Shown in pieces: positions 10,187 through 19,466 of a DNA stretch of 64,000 nt. Each line of letters begins with the position of its first letter. The stretch's first letter is position 1. The translations under genes and the position numbers were made by a program. This DNA comes from Candidatus Binatia bacterium (GTDB lineage Bacteria; Desulfobacterota; Binatia; Bin18). The stretch is from NCBI GenBank assembly GCA_963422435.1, contig OY729511.1, positions 728,103-792,102 on the forward strand, read 5' to 3'. The notes below the pieces were generated by a model. It saw nothing but the letters and a program-made list of their open reading frames with translations, was not told the DNA's origin and searched no databases.

Positions 10187-10431
10187 AAACGACCGGCGAT
10201 GTCATTCAATCGGCCAGTGTCCACCTGACTGCACTCACCGGCCATATTTTCGATCTCCTCACCATTGCCAAACCAATCTCTCCAGAAGCCGCTGTCAACT
10301 TGGCGAAAGTTTGGAAACAAATTTCGCCAAGATCAATAGAATCAACCATGCCGAGATCACCGCATTCAAGCACAAGGTGCTCAACGCTGAGCACCACGGA
10401 AGAACAATACGAGAGTGGGCACGGCTACTAG
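10183..10431 (+). CDS. hypothetical small protein (overlaps HTH gene stop by ATGA)
   Basis: ATG 10183 overlaps TGA of the HTH gene. No recognisable domain; competes with ORF 10311..10517 in another frame; possibly one frameshifted gene. Confidence 0.25.
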   Translation: MKTTGDVIQSASVHLTALTGHIFDLLTIAKPISPEAAVNLAKVWKQISPRSIESTMPRSPHSSTRCSTLSTTEEQYESGHGY

Positions 10432-10517
10432 GGCGGGGGAACGAAACCAGGCTTCAAAAAGCACTCGGAGATAACCTGGACATCAGAGAAGCGGATTCTG
10501 AAGACAGCGTTCAATAA
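10311..10517 (+). CDS. hypothetical small protein (alternative frame, TTG start)
   Basis: 68 aa charged sequence with host-like GC3 in its first half; no domain recognised. Confidence 0.25.
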   Translation: METNFAKINRINHAEITAFKHKVLNAEHHGRTIREWARLLGRGNETRLQKALGDNLDIREADSEDSVQ

Positions 10518-11577
10518 CGCGCTTCTGCCCGAAATAGTAGTACGTCGGATCAATCTCGCTGCCAAAGGCAGGTCGCTTAAGGCCATGCGCGGCAATACAG
10601 GTCGTAAATAAACCGCCAAAAGGCTCCCACACAACATCACCAACCTCGGTTGAGGCTTCAATGATTCGTGAAATCAAGTCGAGAGGCTTCTGGTTCAGAT
10701 GCAGGGCCTTGCCGTTTAATCCAGGTGTTGTATACCGCTCCGCACCATGTAAAGCAGGGCGCTCCCATACATTTGTCACACCGTGCGGACAGCTAAATTT
10801 AGAACGGTATCCTTTCCAATCCTGCGCTGTAGCAGGTCTCTTCCCATCTAACGAAAAATACGGTCGGCCTTCCGGTTTGCCATACTTGTTCGCATAGCTT
10901 TGCATTTTCTCGAACATTTCCGGCGGGGGGTAGTACCACAAATGGCTTTGGTCAAGATATTTACGGACAGCAACGTCTTTGACACCACAAGCCTCGTTCG
11001 CCCGCTTCAGGGGTAAGCCGGTTCGTTTCCATTCCCGATACAGCCACTCCTTCAGCACCAGCCCATTCACACGGGGCTCAAAAACGTACTGAATGCAGAC
11101 TTCCGTCACAACGGGAAAGCGTCGTATTTTCTTTGTATTCACATTACCCGCGATATGGCCTTTCCCCTTATTCCACACATTGGCGTTTACATAGCGCCAC
11201 CCGTACTTTTCCAGGGTCGGGTGAACAGCCGCCCAACCGATTTCGGAATTCCAAAACCACAGGGTCGTGTCAGGTTTCGCTTTTCGCGCCCAGGCCGCAA
11301 TGTGCGGCTCATACCACTCTGGCAAACCCAAATGATCGGACGTGTCTCCTTCAAAGCCAAGGACACCATAGCCGCCGTCTGACACAATGGCGGTTGGCGA
11401 CTCCCACGAGTCGGACTGCTCAAGACTGTCGCCTAGCGATATGTGGACGAGTTCATCCGACCACACTGGCGACTCTGGTGTGAAATCCTCTTTCAACGCC
11501 CGCCCTCGCCCTACCGTGCTCGTCGGCGTTGTTTTTTTCTTCCTTTTGGGCGGCAAGGGGATTGTATCAGTTTCCAT
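10483..11577 (-). CDS. beta-class DNA methyltransferase (N6-adenine/N4-cytosine family), orphan, on lower-GC DNA
   Basis: C-terminal motif I region LHLNQKPLDLISRIIEASTEVGDVVWEPFGGLFTTCIAA matches the HPTQKP...DPFxGSGTT class. The N-terminal region has SDGGYG where (D/S)PPY is expected. N-terminal basic tract PKRKKKTT. Local GC is clearly below flanks. Confidence 0.7.
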   Translation of the reverse strand: METDTIPLPPKRKKKTTPTSTVGRGRALKEDFTPESPVWSDELVHISLGDSLEQSDSWESPTAIVSDGGYGVLGFEGDTSDHLGLPEWYEPHIAAWARKAKPDTTLWFWNSEIGWAAVHPTLEKYGWRYVNANVWNKGKGHIAGNVNTKKIRRFPVVTEVCIQYVFEPRVNGLVLKEWLYREWKRTGLPLKRANEACGVKDVAVRKYLDQSHLWYYPPPEMFEKMQSYANKYGKPEGRPYFSLDGKRPATAQDWKGYRSKFSCPHGVTNVWERPALHGAERYTTPGLNGKALHLNQKPLDLISRIIEASTEVGDVVWEPFGGLFTTCIAAHGLKRPAFGSEIDPTYYYFGQKRVIERCLQNPLL

Positions 11578-11673
11578 ATCTTTATTTGAACCTGTTTTAG
11601 GTTGTTATCAATGCCCATCTTTTCCCGGCCCTTTTGAGAGACATACCGTAGGCGTAGTTTGGAGCACGTGTTC

Positions 11674-11919
11674 CTACCACGCCAGGAGCGGAATGGCCGC
11701 GGCGAGGAGCAGCACACTGATGCCAATGATAATGATACCCCAGAAGGTTGGCGGGCGACGGACCTCCAGGGTGGCTCCGCAGTGGACACATTCGGACAGA
11801 AACGAGCCGCCGGTCACATAGACGCGATTCCATTTGTGACACGCGGGGCAGCGGGGGTTGGGCCGTCCGCGAAAAAGTGTGGCAAACTGAGACACGGTGT
11901 TCCTTCCTTCTTTTTTCAC
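11674..11919 (-). CDS. zinc-ribbon membrane protein
   Basis: CPACH...CVHCG Cys pairs followed by one TM helix (GIIIIGISVLLLAAAIPLLAW); 81 aa. Confidence 0.45.
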   Translation of the reverse strand: MKKEGRNTVSQFATLFRGRPNPRCPACHKWNRVYVTGGSFLSECVHCGATLEVRRPPTFWGIIIIGISVLLLAAAIPLLAW

Positions 11920-11948
11920 CCTAGCGGGGGGACAGAGGCCACGTCAAC

Positions 11949-12758
11949 CTATTGGCGATTCTCGGCCTGGTGTCGAGCAGTAAGGCGCGGTTTCACCAGT
12001 TTCAAAAGCTGAGGGTGGAGCTTGCCATTGCTGGCAACCAGGCCCTGCAAGAGGGTCGTTGGCTGATTGAAGCGGACCGGCGTGCCGCTGAGAGTCGTGA
12101 CTCGTCCGCCGGCTTCCTCGACGAGGAGCGTCCCCGCGCAAATATCCCACTCGTTTTTGGGCACCAGCGTAAACGAGGCGTCGGCCTCACCACTCGCAAT
12201 ACACGCCAGCTTGTAGGCAATGCTGCCCATGGGGCGGGCCCGAAAAAGAGCAGCGAAGTCTTTCCACTCCCCCCGTTTGGTCTCCGAGCGGCTTGAGAGA
12301 ATGGTAGCACCTGCCAAGTGCGGCGTTTCGGGTACGCGCAACGGCCGACTGCCACACCACGCCCCTTGGCTGCGGACCGCCCAGAAGAGTTGGTCCAGGC
12401 TGGGATTATAGACCACGCCGAGAAGCGGCCAGCCCGCTTCAATGAGTCCGATGGAGACGGCAAATTCCGGGATTTTTTGAATAAATTCCCTGGTTCCATC
12501 CATAGGATCAACCACCCAGACGCGGTGCGCGGTGAGCCGCGCGGATGAATCGACTGTTTCTTCAGACAGCCAGCCATAGTCAGGAAAAGCCGCCTGGAGC
12601 ATGGCCTGGATCTTCCGGTTGGCCTCCTGGTCTGCCAGCGTGACCGGGCTGTTATCACCCCTTTTGTACTCGACCGTGTAATCGGTCTCGTAGATGGTGC
12701 GGATAATGTCTCCTGCGGCCCGCGCAGCCGCGATGGCAAGGGCTTTCTCTCTTTCCAT
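11949..12758 (-). CDS. inositol monophosphatase / CysQ family phosphatase
   Basis: IMPase-family motifs (WVVDPMDGT, WDICAG). Confidence 0.8.
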   Translation of the reverse strand: MEREKALAIAAARAAGDIIRTIYETDYTVEYKRGDNSPVTLADQEANRKIQAMLQAAFPDYGWLSEETVDSSARLTAHRVWVVDPMDGTREFIQKIPEFAVSIGLIEAGWPLLGVVYNPSLDQLFWAVRSQGAWCGSRPLRVPETPHLAGATILSSRSETKRGEWKDFAALFRARPMGSIAYKLACIASGEADASFTLVPKNEWDICAGTLLVEEAGGRVTTLSGTPVRFNQPTTLLQGLVASNGKLHPQLLKLVKPRLTARHQAENRQ

Positions 12759-13736
12759 TTACTGTCCCAGCACCTGGGCAAAGATGAGCGGCGCCACAAT
12801 GGAGGCGTCCGATTCAATCAGGTACCGCGGCGTGTCTATGCCGAGTTTGCCCCAGGTTATTTTTTCGTTGGGAACCGCCCCGGAATAGGAGCCGTAACTG
12901 GTCGTGGAATCGCTGATCTGACAAAAATAGCCCCACAGCGGGGTGTGGCTGCGTTTCATGTCCTGGAGCAGCATGGGGACTGCACAGATGGCAAAGTCTC
13001 CGGCAATACCCCCGCCAATCTGAAAAAACCCGATAGAGTGATGGTCCGAGACCGTACTATACCAGTCGGCCAGATACGTCATGTATTCAACGCCGTGCCG
13101 CACGGTATGCACGTTTTTGATCAGGCCGGTCATGCAATAGCTGGCGTACACATTCCCGCAGGTTGAATCCTCCCAGCCCGGCGCAACAACCGGCAGGTTT
13201 TTTTCCATGGCGGCATGCACCCAAGAGTCTTTGGGATCAATCTGATAATAGGGTTGCAGCATGCCGGTGCGGAGGATCTCGTAGAAGGTCTCGTGCGGGA
13301 AGGCCCGTTGGCCGGCATGGTCGGCCTGCATCCAGTGTTCCTGGAGGACGCCTTCGACCCGGCGCATGGCCTCAAACTCGGGGATACAGGTATCGGTCAC
13401 GCGGTTCATATGCCGGTCAAGCAGGGCCGTTTCATCCTGGGGAGTCAGGTCCCGATAGTGCGGCACCCGCTCATAGTGCTCATGCGCGACCAGATTAAAG
13501 ATATCTTCTTCCAGATTCGCGCCCGTACAGGAGATGGCATGAATGCAGTCATTGCGGATCATTTCGGCCAGAGAGATGCCGAGTTCGGCCGTACTCATGG
13601 CGCCTGCCATCGCCAGCAGCATCTTACCCCCCCGGTCGAGATGCTGCCGATAGGCGCTGGCCGCCTCAATAACGGTCGCGGCATTGAAATGCCGAAAGTG
13701 GTGGTGCAAAAAGTCGGTGATCGGTTGACGGCCCAT
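12759..13736 (-). CDS. deoxyhypusine synthase family protein
   Basis: 325 aa; family-typical sequence throughout (CTGANLEEDIF, GGGIAGDF). Confidence 0.7.
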   Translation of the reverse strand: MGRQPITDFLHHHFRHFNAATVIEAASAYRQHLDRGGKMLLAMAGAMSTAELGISLAEMIRNDCIHAISCTGANLEEDIFNLVAHEHYERVPHYRDLTPQDETALLDRHMNRVTDTCIPEFEAMRRVEGVLQEHWMQADHAGQRAFPHETFYEILRTGMLQPYYQIDPKDSWVHAAMEKNLPVVAPGWEDSTCGNVYASYCMTGLIKNVHTVRHGVEYMTYLADWYSTVSDHHSIGFFQIGGGIAGDFAICAVPMLLQDMKRSHTPLWGYFCQISDSTTSYGSYSGAVPNEKITWGKLGIDTPRYLIESDASIVAPLIFAQVLGQ

Positions 13737-13757
13737 CCTTTCCTCCTTCTGTACTGG

Positions 13758-14711
13758 TTAGCCTGTTATGAGCGCCCGGAGCGCCTGGCCGGTCGTTGCG
13801 CCACGCAGCGCTCGCCCCCTGGGGTCGGGGGCCAGCGCCTGGATCAGCAACTGCTGGAAATCCACGTGTCGCTCGGCCCAGTCCCGGACCGCGGCCAGGC
13901 GGTCAAAGAGCGCCAGGCGCACGGCGTAGGCCTCAATCTCATCCTGCTGCCCGTCCTCGGGGGCGCTGCCAGGCGCGGCGTATGGCCGGGCTTCAGTCAA
14001 AAATCTCGCCACCTCGGCCGGGACATGAGCCGAGAGGCTCGTTGCCTCGCTCACGGCCTTCCGTATTGCGGTTGAGGAGAGATCGGCGACAGACTCGGGC
14101 AGGGGCAGGAAATGAATCGCGTCCCGGTAGGGTTGATTGTTGGAGCGCTGTAACAATTCGTCAAACGCACGCCGGGCCATATCGCCCCGGTTGGCGACAA
14201 CAAGAGAGGTCAGCGCAAAAAGCTGCTCCAGAGCCGCCTCCCGATCACGGTAGTAGCGCGCGTCCAGAATCTGCACCAGCTTGTCCATGCCCACAATAAG
14301 AAACAGCCCGACCGGCTTGTCAAAGAGGGACTGAAATGCCTGTGCCTGCTCAAAATAGAGCCCGCGGTTGACCAGAGCCACACCCAGGTGTTGCTGCTGC
14401 TCCACGTGCAGGAGGAGCAATAACAGGCGATCTTCCAGACCCATCCCCGTTACCTGTTCCTTATCCACGGTGACCTTTGCCGCCGTATACAAGAGTTGGT
14501 CCAGTTGAAAGGCGCGGCAGGCGTGTTGCGCGAGCACGACGTGCGCCAGGGTGAGGGGGTTGAACGAGCCGCACAAGACGCCCAGCCGTTGCGGTGGCGG
14601 GTGCGGCGGTGCGGACAGCAGCCGGGCTGTGGGAGGCGCGGCACTATCGAGAGACTGAAGACGATCCCGCAGCACAAACAAGCGGGACAGGTCGTAGAAT
14701 TCAGCGGACAT
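13758..14711 (-). CDS. NadD-like nucleotidyltransferase (cytidylyltransferase superfamily) with C-terminal extension
   Basis: LGVLCGSFNPLTLAH resembles the GxFxPxHxxH nucleotidyltransferase motif. Confidence 0.5.
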   Translation of the reverse strand: MSAEFYDLSRLFVLRDRLQSLDSAAPPTARLLSAPPHPPPQRLGVLCGSFNPLTLAHVVLAQHACRAFQLDQLLYTAAKVTVDKEQVTGMGLEDRLLLLLLHVEQQQHLGVALVNRGLYFEQAQAFQSLFDKPVGLFLIVGMDKLVQILDARYYRDREAALEQLFALTSLVVANRGDMARRAFDELLQRSNNQPYRDAIHFLPLPESVADLSSTAIRKAVSEATSLSAHVPAEVARFLTEARPYAAPGSAPEDGQQDEIEAYAVRLALFDRLAAVRDWAERHVDFQQLLIQALAPDPRGRALRGATTGQALRALITG

Positions 14712-14868
14712 GACTCACCCAGCAGCATACACGACTTCGCCACACTGCGCAGGCCGGGCCGGAGGGAGTCCATGGGCGCCCGCTTTTCTGACGGCGCAGC
14801 CCAACCTTTTTGGCCGGCTCGATATCCCAGGATTGACGGTCAATTTCAGCGCGTGCTACCCTCTGCCG

Positions 14869-16671
14869 ATGCGCTCCTCTTCCTCTGTCGTGTGGGCTTT
14901 CCTGCTTTGTTCTCTCATCCCGTTGGCCTCGTGCAGCACGGCTCGCCCCGTCCCAGCCTTAGCGCCCGCGCGTGTCGCCCCACCGGTCACTCCCCTATCC
15001 GTTCAGCCCCTGGCCATCCCGGGCACGCCTGTCGCCCTCGCCCCTGAAGACAAGGCCCTCGGGCATTTCCTCAAAAGCCAGGTGGCGCTGAATGCGGGCG
15101 ACTATGACACCGCGCTCAGCGAGCTTGAACACGCCGTCTCTCACGATCCGCACACGCCGTTCCTGCGCCTGCGGCTGGCCACCCTGGCCTTACGTCAGGG
15201 CAAGCTGGCCGAGGCCCTGGAGCATTGCCAGCAGGTCGTGGCCAGCGAGCCGGACAATATTGCCGCCCAGCGTCTCCTGGCCGGCCTGCTCTCCTCGACC
15301 GGCAAGGAAGACGAAGCCGCTCAGGTGTATGAATCCCTTCTAACCCACGGTTCGGACGACCAGGAACCATATCTCTACCTCAGCGTGCTGTATGCCAAGC
15401 AGAAGCGGTTTCAGGAAGCGATTGGCGTGCTCAAAAGGCTGGTCAGCCGTCATCCCCAGTCGGTCCTGGGCTATTACTATCTCGGTCAAACGCACGCGGC
15501 AGCCCAACAGTTGGAGCAGGCAGAAACCTATTATCACGAGGCGCTCAGCATCAATCCGCAGTCAGAACTGGTGCTACTTGATCTCGCGCTTGTGTATGAA
15601 ATGCAAAAGAAAAATGCCCAAGCCAGAGAGATGTATGAGAAAGCCCTGAGCCTCAATCCGCGCAGTGAGCCGGCGCGGGAACGGCTCGGTCGTTTCTATC
15701 TTGGTCAGCAGAAGCTTGACGATGCGCTGGACCAGTTTCGGGCGCTTGAAAAGATAGAAGCCGACCCGCAGGAGACGCGGCTCAAAATCAGCCTGATCTA
15801 TCGGGAAAAAGGCGATTACGAACAGGCCGCCACCGCCCTCAACCTCATCTTAGCCTCTCAGCCTGAGAATCATCGCGCCCGCTACTTTCTCGGCGTCGTG
15901 TATACAGAGACCAACCAGGACACCAGGGCCGCAGTCGAGCTGCTACACATTCCCCGGCAGGCCGAGTATTTTGCGGACGCGCGCGTCTACCTGAGTTATC
16001 TCTACCAACGCCAGGGCAATATCGCACAAGCCATCACCGCCGTGGAACAGGCTCTCAGCGTGAAAGAGGACGACGCGGACCTCATTGGTTTTCTCGCCTC
16101 CCTCCATCGCGAAAACAATAACCGCGCCAAGGCCATCGTACTCCTTGAGCACCTCATCCAGATTGCCCCAGACAACGACCAGTACCATTTCACGCTAGGA
16201 GCGGTCTATGACGAACTCAAACAAAAGGAGCGCTGTATCCGGCATATGCAGAAAGCCATTGCCCTTAATCCAGAGAATGCCGCAGCGCTGAACTACCTGG
16301 GCTATACGTGGGCGGAGCAGGGCGTGCATTTGGATGAGGCGGAACAACTGATACTCCGGGCGCTGGCCATCGAACCCAATGACGGCTTTTATATTGATAG
16401 TCTGGGTTGGGTGCATTATCAGCGCGGAGAGTATAGGGAAGCCATTCAGCACCTCGAACGGGCGGTAGAACTGGTGGATGCCGACCCCACCTTGATTGAA
16501 CATCTGGGGGATGCGTATTCCAAAATCGGACGCACCGCAGACGCCTCCCGCGTCTACCGGGAAGCCATGAAGAACGCATCCGAAGAAGCGCAACTCGATC
16601 GTTTACGGACAAAGCTGAACGCCCTGTCTCCGGTGGGGATACACAAGACGAGCGGCAGTGATATCCAGTAG
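14869..16671 (+). CDS. TPR-repeat protein with signal peptide / lipobox
   Basis: ATG 14869 (MRSSSSVVWAFLLCSLIPLASCS), then many TPR-like 34-aa repeats. Confidence 0.75.
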   Translation: MRSSSSVVWAFLLCSLIPLASCSTARPVPALAPARVAPPVTPLSVQPLAIPGTPVALAPEDKALGHFLKSQVALNAGDYDTALSELEHAVSHDPHTPFLRLRLATLALRQGKLAEALEHCQQVVASEPDNIAAQRLLAGLLSSTGKEDEAAQVYESLLTHGSDDQEPYLYLSVLYAKQKRFQEAIGVLKRLVSRHPQSVLGYYYLGQTHAAAQQLEQAETYYHEALSINPQSELVLLDLALVYEMQKKNAQAREMYEKALSLNPRSEPARERLGRFYLGQQKLDDALDQFRALEKIEADPQETRLKISLIYREKGDYEQAATALNLILASQPENHRARYFLGVVYTETNQDTRAAVELLHIPRQAEYFADARVYLSYLYQRQGNIAQAITAVEQALSVKEDDADLIGFLASLHRENNNRAKAIVLLEHLIQIAPDNDQYHFTLGAVYDELKQKERCIRHMQKAIALNPENAAALNYLGYTWAEQGVHLDEAEQLILRALAIEPNDGFYIDSLGWVHYQRGEYREAIQHLERAVELVDADPTLIEHLGDAYSKIGRTADASRVYREAMKNASEEAQLDRLRTKLNALSPVGIHKTSGSDIQ

Positions 16672-17524
16672 CAGCGGCGCTTCAGGCCGGCCTCCCCGGC
16701 GCAGGGCTCTCTCGTTATTCTGGCGCTTGGTTCTTGCCGGTCTCATCGTCTGGGGAAGCGGCTGTGCCGCTCGCAAGCCTTCTCCACCTTTGCCTCCGCC
16801 TCCAGCCTCCCTCCCGTCTACCCAAGAGTTGCTGGCCCCGCTTCAGGTCCGTCAGCAGGCCCTCACCGGCCTCCGCGGGCTGGCCAAGGTCTCGTACCGG
16901 GACGCGGTTGAGCGGGGTTCGGCGACCCAAGCCGTTGCCCTGGCCGCTCCTGACCGCTTTCGCCTGGAGCTGTTCACACTCCTGGGTGTGGCTGCCATTC
17001 ACACCTGCGATGGACAACAGCTAGCCGCCTATTTGCCGCGCGATAAGGTCCTCTACCGAGGAGTTGCCAGCCCGTTCAATATCGCCCGTTTGACCCAGGT
17101 ACTGCTCTCGGCGCGCGAGATCACGCGCCTGCTGATGGGCCTTCCGCCCTTTCTGGTGGAAGGGATGGTCGCGCCGGTGCGCCGTGAGCCGGCCGGCCCC
17201 TACCGGCTCGACTTTCGGCGCTCGAATGGGAGCCTGACAACGCTGCGGTTCGACTCAGAAACAAAGCGCCTCACAGGCTGGGCAGTCAGGGATGAGACCG
17301 GTACGCTCCAGGCCCAGGGCGAGTTGGGTGACTATCGGCAGGTGCAGGATATCTTTTTCCCGTTTGCCATCAGCCTGTCCGCTGCGCAAGGAGCCCAGCA
17401 GGTCTCGCTCGCCTATCAGGAAGTCTCGGTCGTTCCTGACCCGTCCGCGGCGCTCTTTCGCTTGGACCTGCCCGCGGGGGTCGAGGAGATCGATATTGAT
17501 GCCTATCGTCTGCACAGCCCGTAG
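16658..17524 (+). CDS. hypothetical lipoprotein
   Basis: Lipoprotein-like N-terminus LAGLIVWGSGC; overlaps end of upstream TPR gene. Confidence 0.5.
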   Translation: MISSSSGASGRPPRRRALSLFWRLVLAGLIVWGSGCAARKPSPPLPPPPASLPSTQELLAPLQVRQQALTGLRGLAKVSYRDAVERGSATQAVALAAPDRFRLELFTLLGVAAIHTCDGQQLAAYLPRDKVLYRGVASPFNIARLTQVLLSAREITRLLMGLPPFLVEGMVAPVRREPAGPYRLDFRRSNGSLTTLRFDSETKRLTGWAVRDETGTLQAQGELGDYRQVQDIFFPFAISLSAAQGAQQVSLAYQEVSVVPDPSAALFRLDLPAGVEEIDIDAYRLHSP

Positions 17525-17543
17525 AGAGAACGGGCGGGTATCA

Positions 17544-17594
17544 AGAGGAAACGTGTCCAGCATCTCCATACTGTTGGAGGACACGTTTCCTCTT
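17544..17594. terminator. 16-bp perfect inverted repeat hairpin between convergent genes
   Basis: AAGAGGAAACGTGTCC-(18 nt loop)-GGACACGTTTCCTCTT, located after the stop of 16658..17524 (+) and after the stop of 17600..18055 (-). Confidence 0.4.
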
Positions 17595-17599
17595 TCGGA

Positions 17600-18055
17600 T
17601 CAGTGCGAGGTCTCGTCTCTTTTGAAGACAACCGCAAAGCCGCGCCGGGCCAATGAAAATTTCCGATCCGCGGATTGGGCGTAACGCCCGAACTGACCCT
17701 GCTTCTGCTGTTGCACCCAATCCGGGAAGGAGTCTTCGATATTCATATGAGCGACTTCTTGGGGGGGCAGTAGGACGACGGCATCGGCTCCCACCTCGCA
17801 GGCTTTATCCCGGATGAGGGCGTTCATGCTTTCCAGCCCGTCAATTTCGTTCCCATAGGAAACAATATGAACGAAGACGGCATACGGCCGTGCCGGGGGA
17901 GAGGTCAGCATAGTCACTGGGCAATCGACAGGACGCGCTTCCGGGTAGATGGGGGCAATGCGTTCCTCAATGGCAACCGGTTTTGCCGGGCGCATAAAAC
18001 AGCCCGTGAGAAAAATCAGCCCAACACCGACCCACCAACAGAATGGTGTACGCAC
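17600..18055 (-). CDS. hypothetical lipoprotein
   Basis: MRTPFCWWVGVGLIFLTGC lipoprotein signal; 151 aa. Confidence 0.5.
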   Translation of the reverse strand: MRTPFCWWVGVGLIFLTGCFMRPAKPVAIEERIAPIYPEARPVDCPVTMLTSPPARPYAVFVHIVSYGNEIDGLESMNALIRDKACEVGADAVVLLPPQEVAHMNIEDSFPDWVQQQKQGQFGRYAQSADRKFSLARRGFAVVFKRDETSH

Positions 18056-18192
18056 GCTGCTCCCCCTTCAATGAGTAAGCGCGCCAACATCTTTGTGTCT
18101 GTTGGAGGGCACGTTTCCTCATTTTGTCGTATCGCCCGCAGACTGGCGAGTAGCATAGAATGCCCCCGGTACGGGCGCAAGTCTCGACCCGG

Positions 18193-19368
18193 CTATCCGG
18201 CCTGGTCCCTGAGCAGCTTCCGGGCAATCACCCAACGGTGTACCTCAGTTGGTCCTTCAAAAATCCGCATGGGCCGCAGGCGCCGATAGATAAACTCAAG
18301 CGGCATCTCTTTGGACATACCCATACCCCCGTGCATCTGCATGGCTCGGTCGGCCACCCGGGTCGCCATTTCCGTGGCAAACACCTTGAGCATGGAGGCC
18401 TCCTGGCGGACATCGTCGCCCTGATCGAATTTCCAGGCTCCGTGATGCACCATCAGCCGCGAGGCGTGAATATCGGTCGCCGAGTCGGCAATAAACCACT
18501 GAATGGCCTGGCGGTCGGCCAGCTTCTGGCCAAAAGTCACGCGCTGTTTGGCATACTCAACCATCATGTCCAGACAGCGCTGCGCCAAGCCCACACACCA
18601 GCTTCCCATTTCCAGGCGGCGGACGGTCAGGCGGAGTTGCATGGGCGCAAAGCCCTGTCCGACTTCGCCCAGGACCTGGGAATCCGGGAGGGTCAGGTCT
18701 TCAAACACCAGCTCCCAGGGCGCATGGCCGCCAATAACCGGAATCTGGCGTTGCAGCACCAGACCGGGAGTCCCCTTATCCACCAGGAAGGCCGTAATCC
18801 CGCCGCGGGCGCCCTTACCCTTCTCCGTCACCGCCATGACAATAATAAAGTCAGCGACGTGGGCACGTGAGATCCAGATTTTCCGCCCGTTGAGTATCCA
18901 CTGGTCCCCTTTTTTCACAGCAGAGGTCTGCATGCCGGCCGGGTCTGAGCCGGCTCCGGGTTCGGAAATGGCAATGGCCGAATGCGCCGTGCCCTGGGCA
19001 TACGGCAGGAGGTATTTCTCCCGCTGCTCGGGTGTACAGGTTTGCATCAACATGTGCAGATTGGGCGCATCGGGCGGAAAGGTAAACGGCGTGATGGTCT
19101 TATACAGTTCCTCGGTCGCCAGACATTTCGGCAACGCCCCCAGGTTCAGTCCGCCAAATTCCTCGGGCACGTCCAGCCCCCACAGACCGGCTTCTCGGGC
19201 GACTGACAGCAAACGTTCTTCAGCCTCGGACGGCACCAGGTCCTCACCGGTCATGCCCTGCGTATCGCGCTCCAGAACCGTGGTCTCCAGCGGCATCAGT
19301 TCCTGACGCACGAAGCGGCGCACCGTCTCCTGCAACATGCGGTATTCTTCGGGCAGTTCAAAATCCAT
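18193..19368 (-). CDS. acyl-CoA dehydrogenase
   Basis: Likely start MDFELPEEYRML (ATG 19366-19368). ACAD family motifs throughout. Confidence 0.85.
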   Translation of the reverse strand: MDFELPEEYRMLQETVRRFVRQELMPLETTVLERDTQGMTGEDLVPSEAEERLLSVAREAGLWGLDVPEEFGGLNLGALPKCLATEELYKTITPFTFPPDAPNLHMLMQTCTPEQREKYLLPYAQGTAHSAIAISEPGAGSDPAGMQTSAVKKGDQWILNGRKIWISRAHVADFIIVMAVTEKGKGARGGITAFLVDKGTPGLVLQRQIPVIGGHAPWELVFEDLTLPDSQVLGEVGQGFAPMQLRLTVRRLEMGSWCVGLAQRCLDMMVEYAKQRVTFGQKLADRQAIQWFIADSATDIHASRLMVHHGAWKFDQGDDVRQEASMLKVFATEMATRVADRAMQMHGGMGMSKEMPLEFIYRRLRPMRIFEGPTEVHRWVIARKLLRDQAG

Positions 19369-19466
19369 ATATCTGTCCTTTCCGCAACAGACTGCCGGAC
19401 AGCCTAGCAGGATCGGACACGGAAATGCAGGGGTGACCGTGGATCGAACTTGCGTTCCTGCCCGAG

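Noticed and set aside
10661-10897. 78-aa + strand ORF and similar small + ORFs (11133..11483, 11155..11382, 11387..11821)
   Set aside because: They are antisense to or overlapping the well-supported minus-strand methyltransferase and zinc-ribbon genes.
18160-19306. + strand ORFs 18160..18870 and 18503..19306
   Set aside because: They are antisense to the acyl-CoA dehydrogenase. They have low-complexity composition and no motifs.
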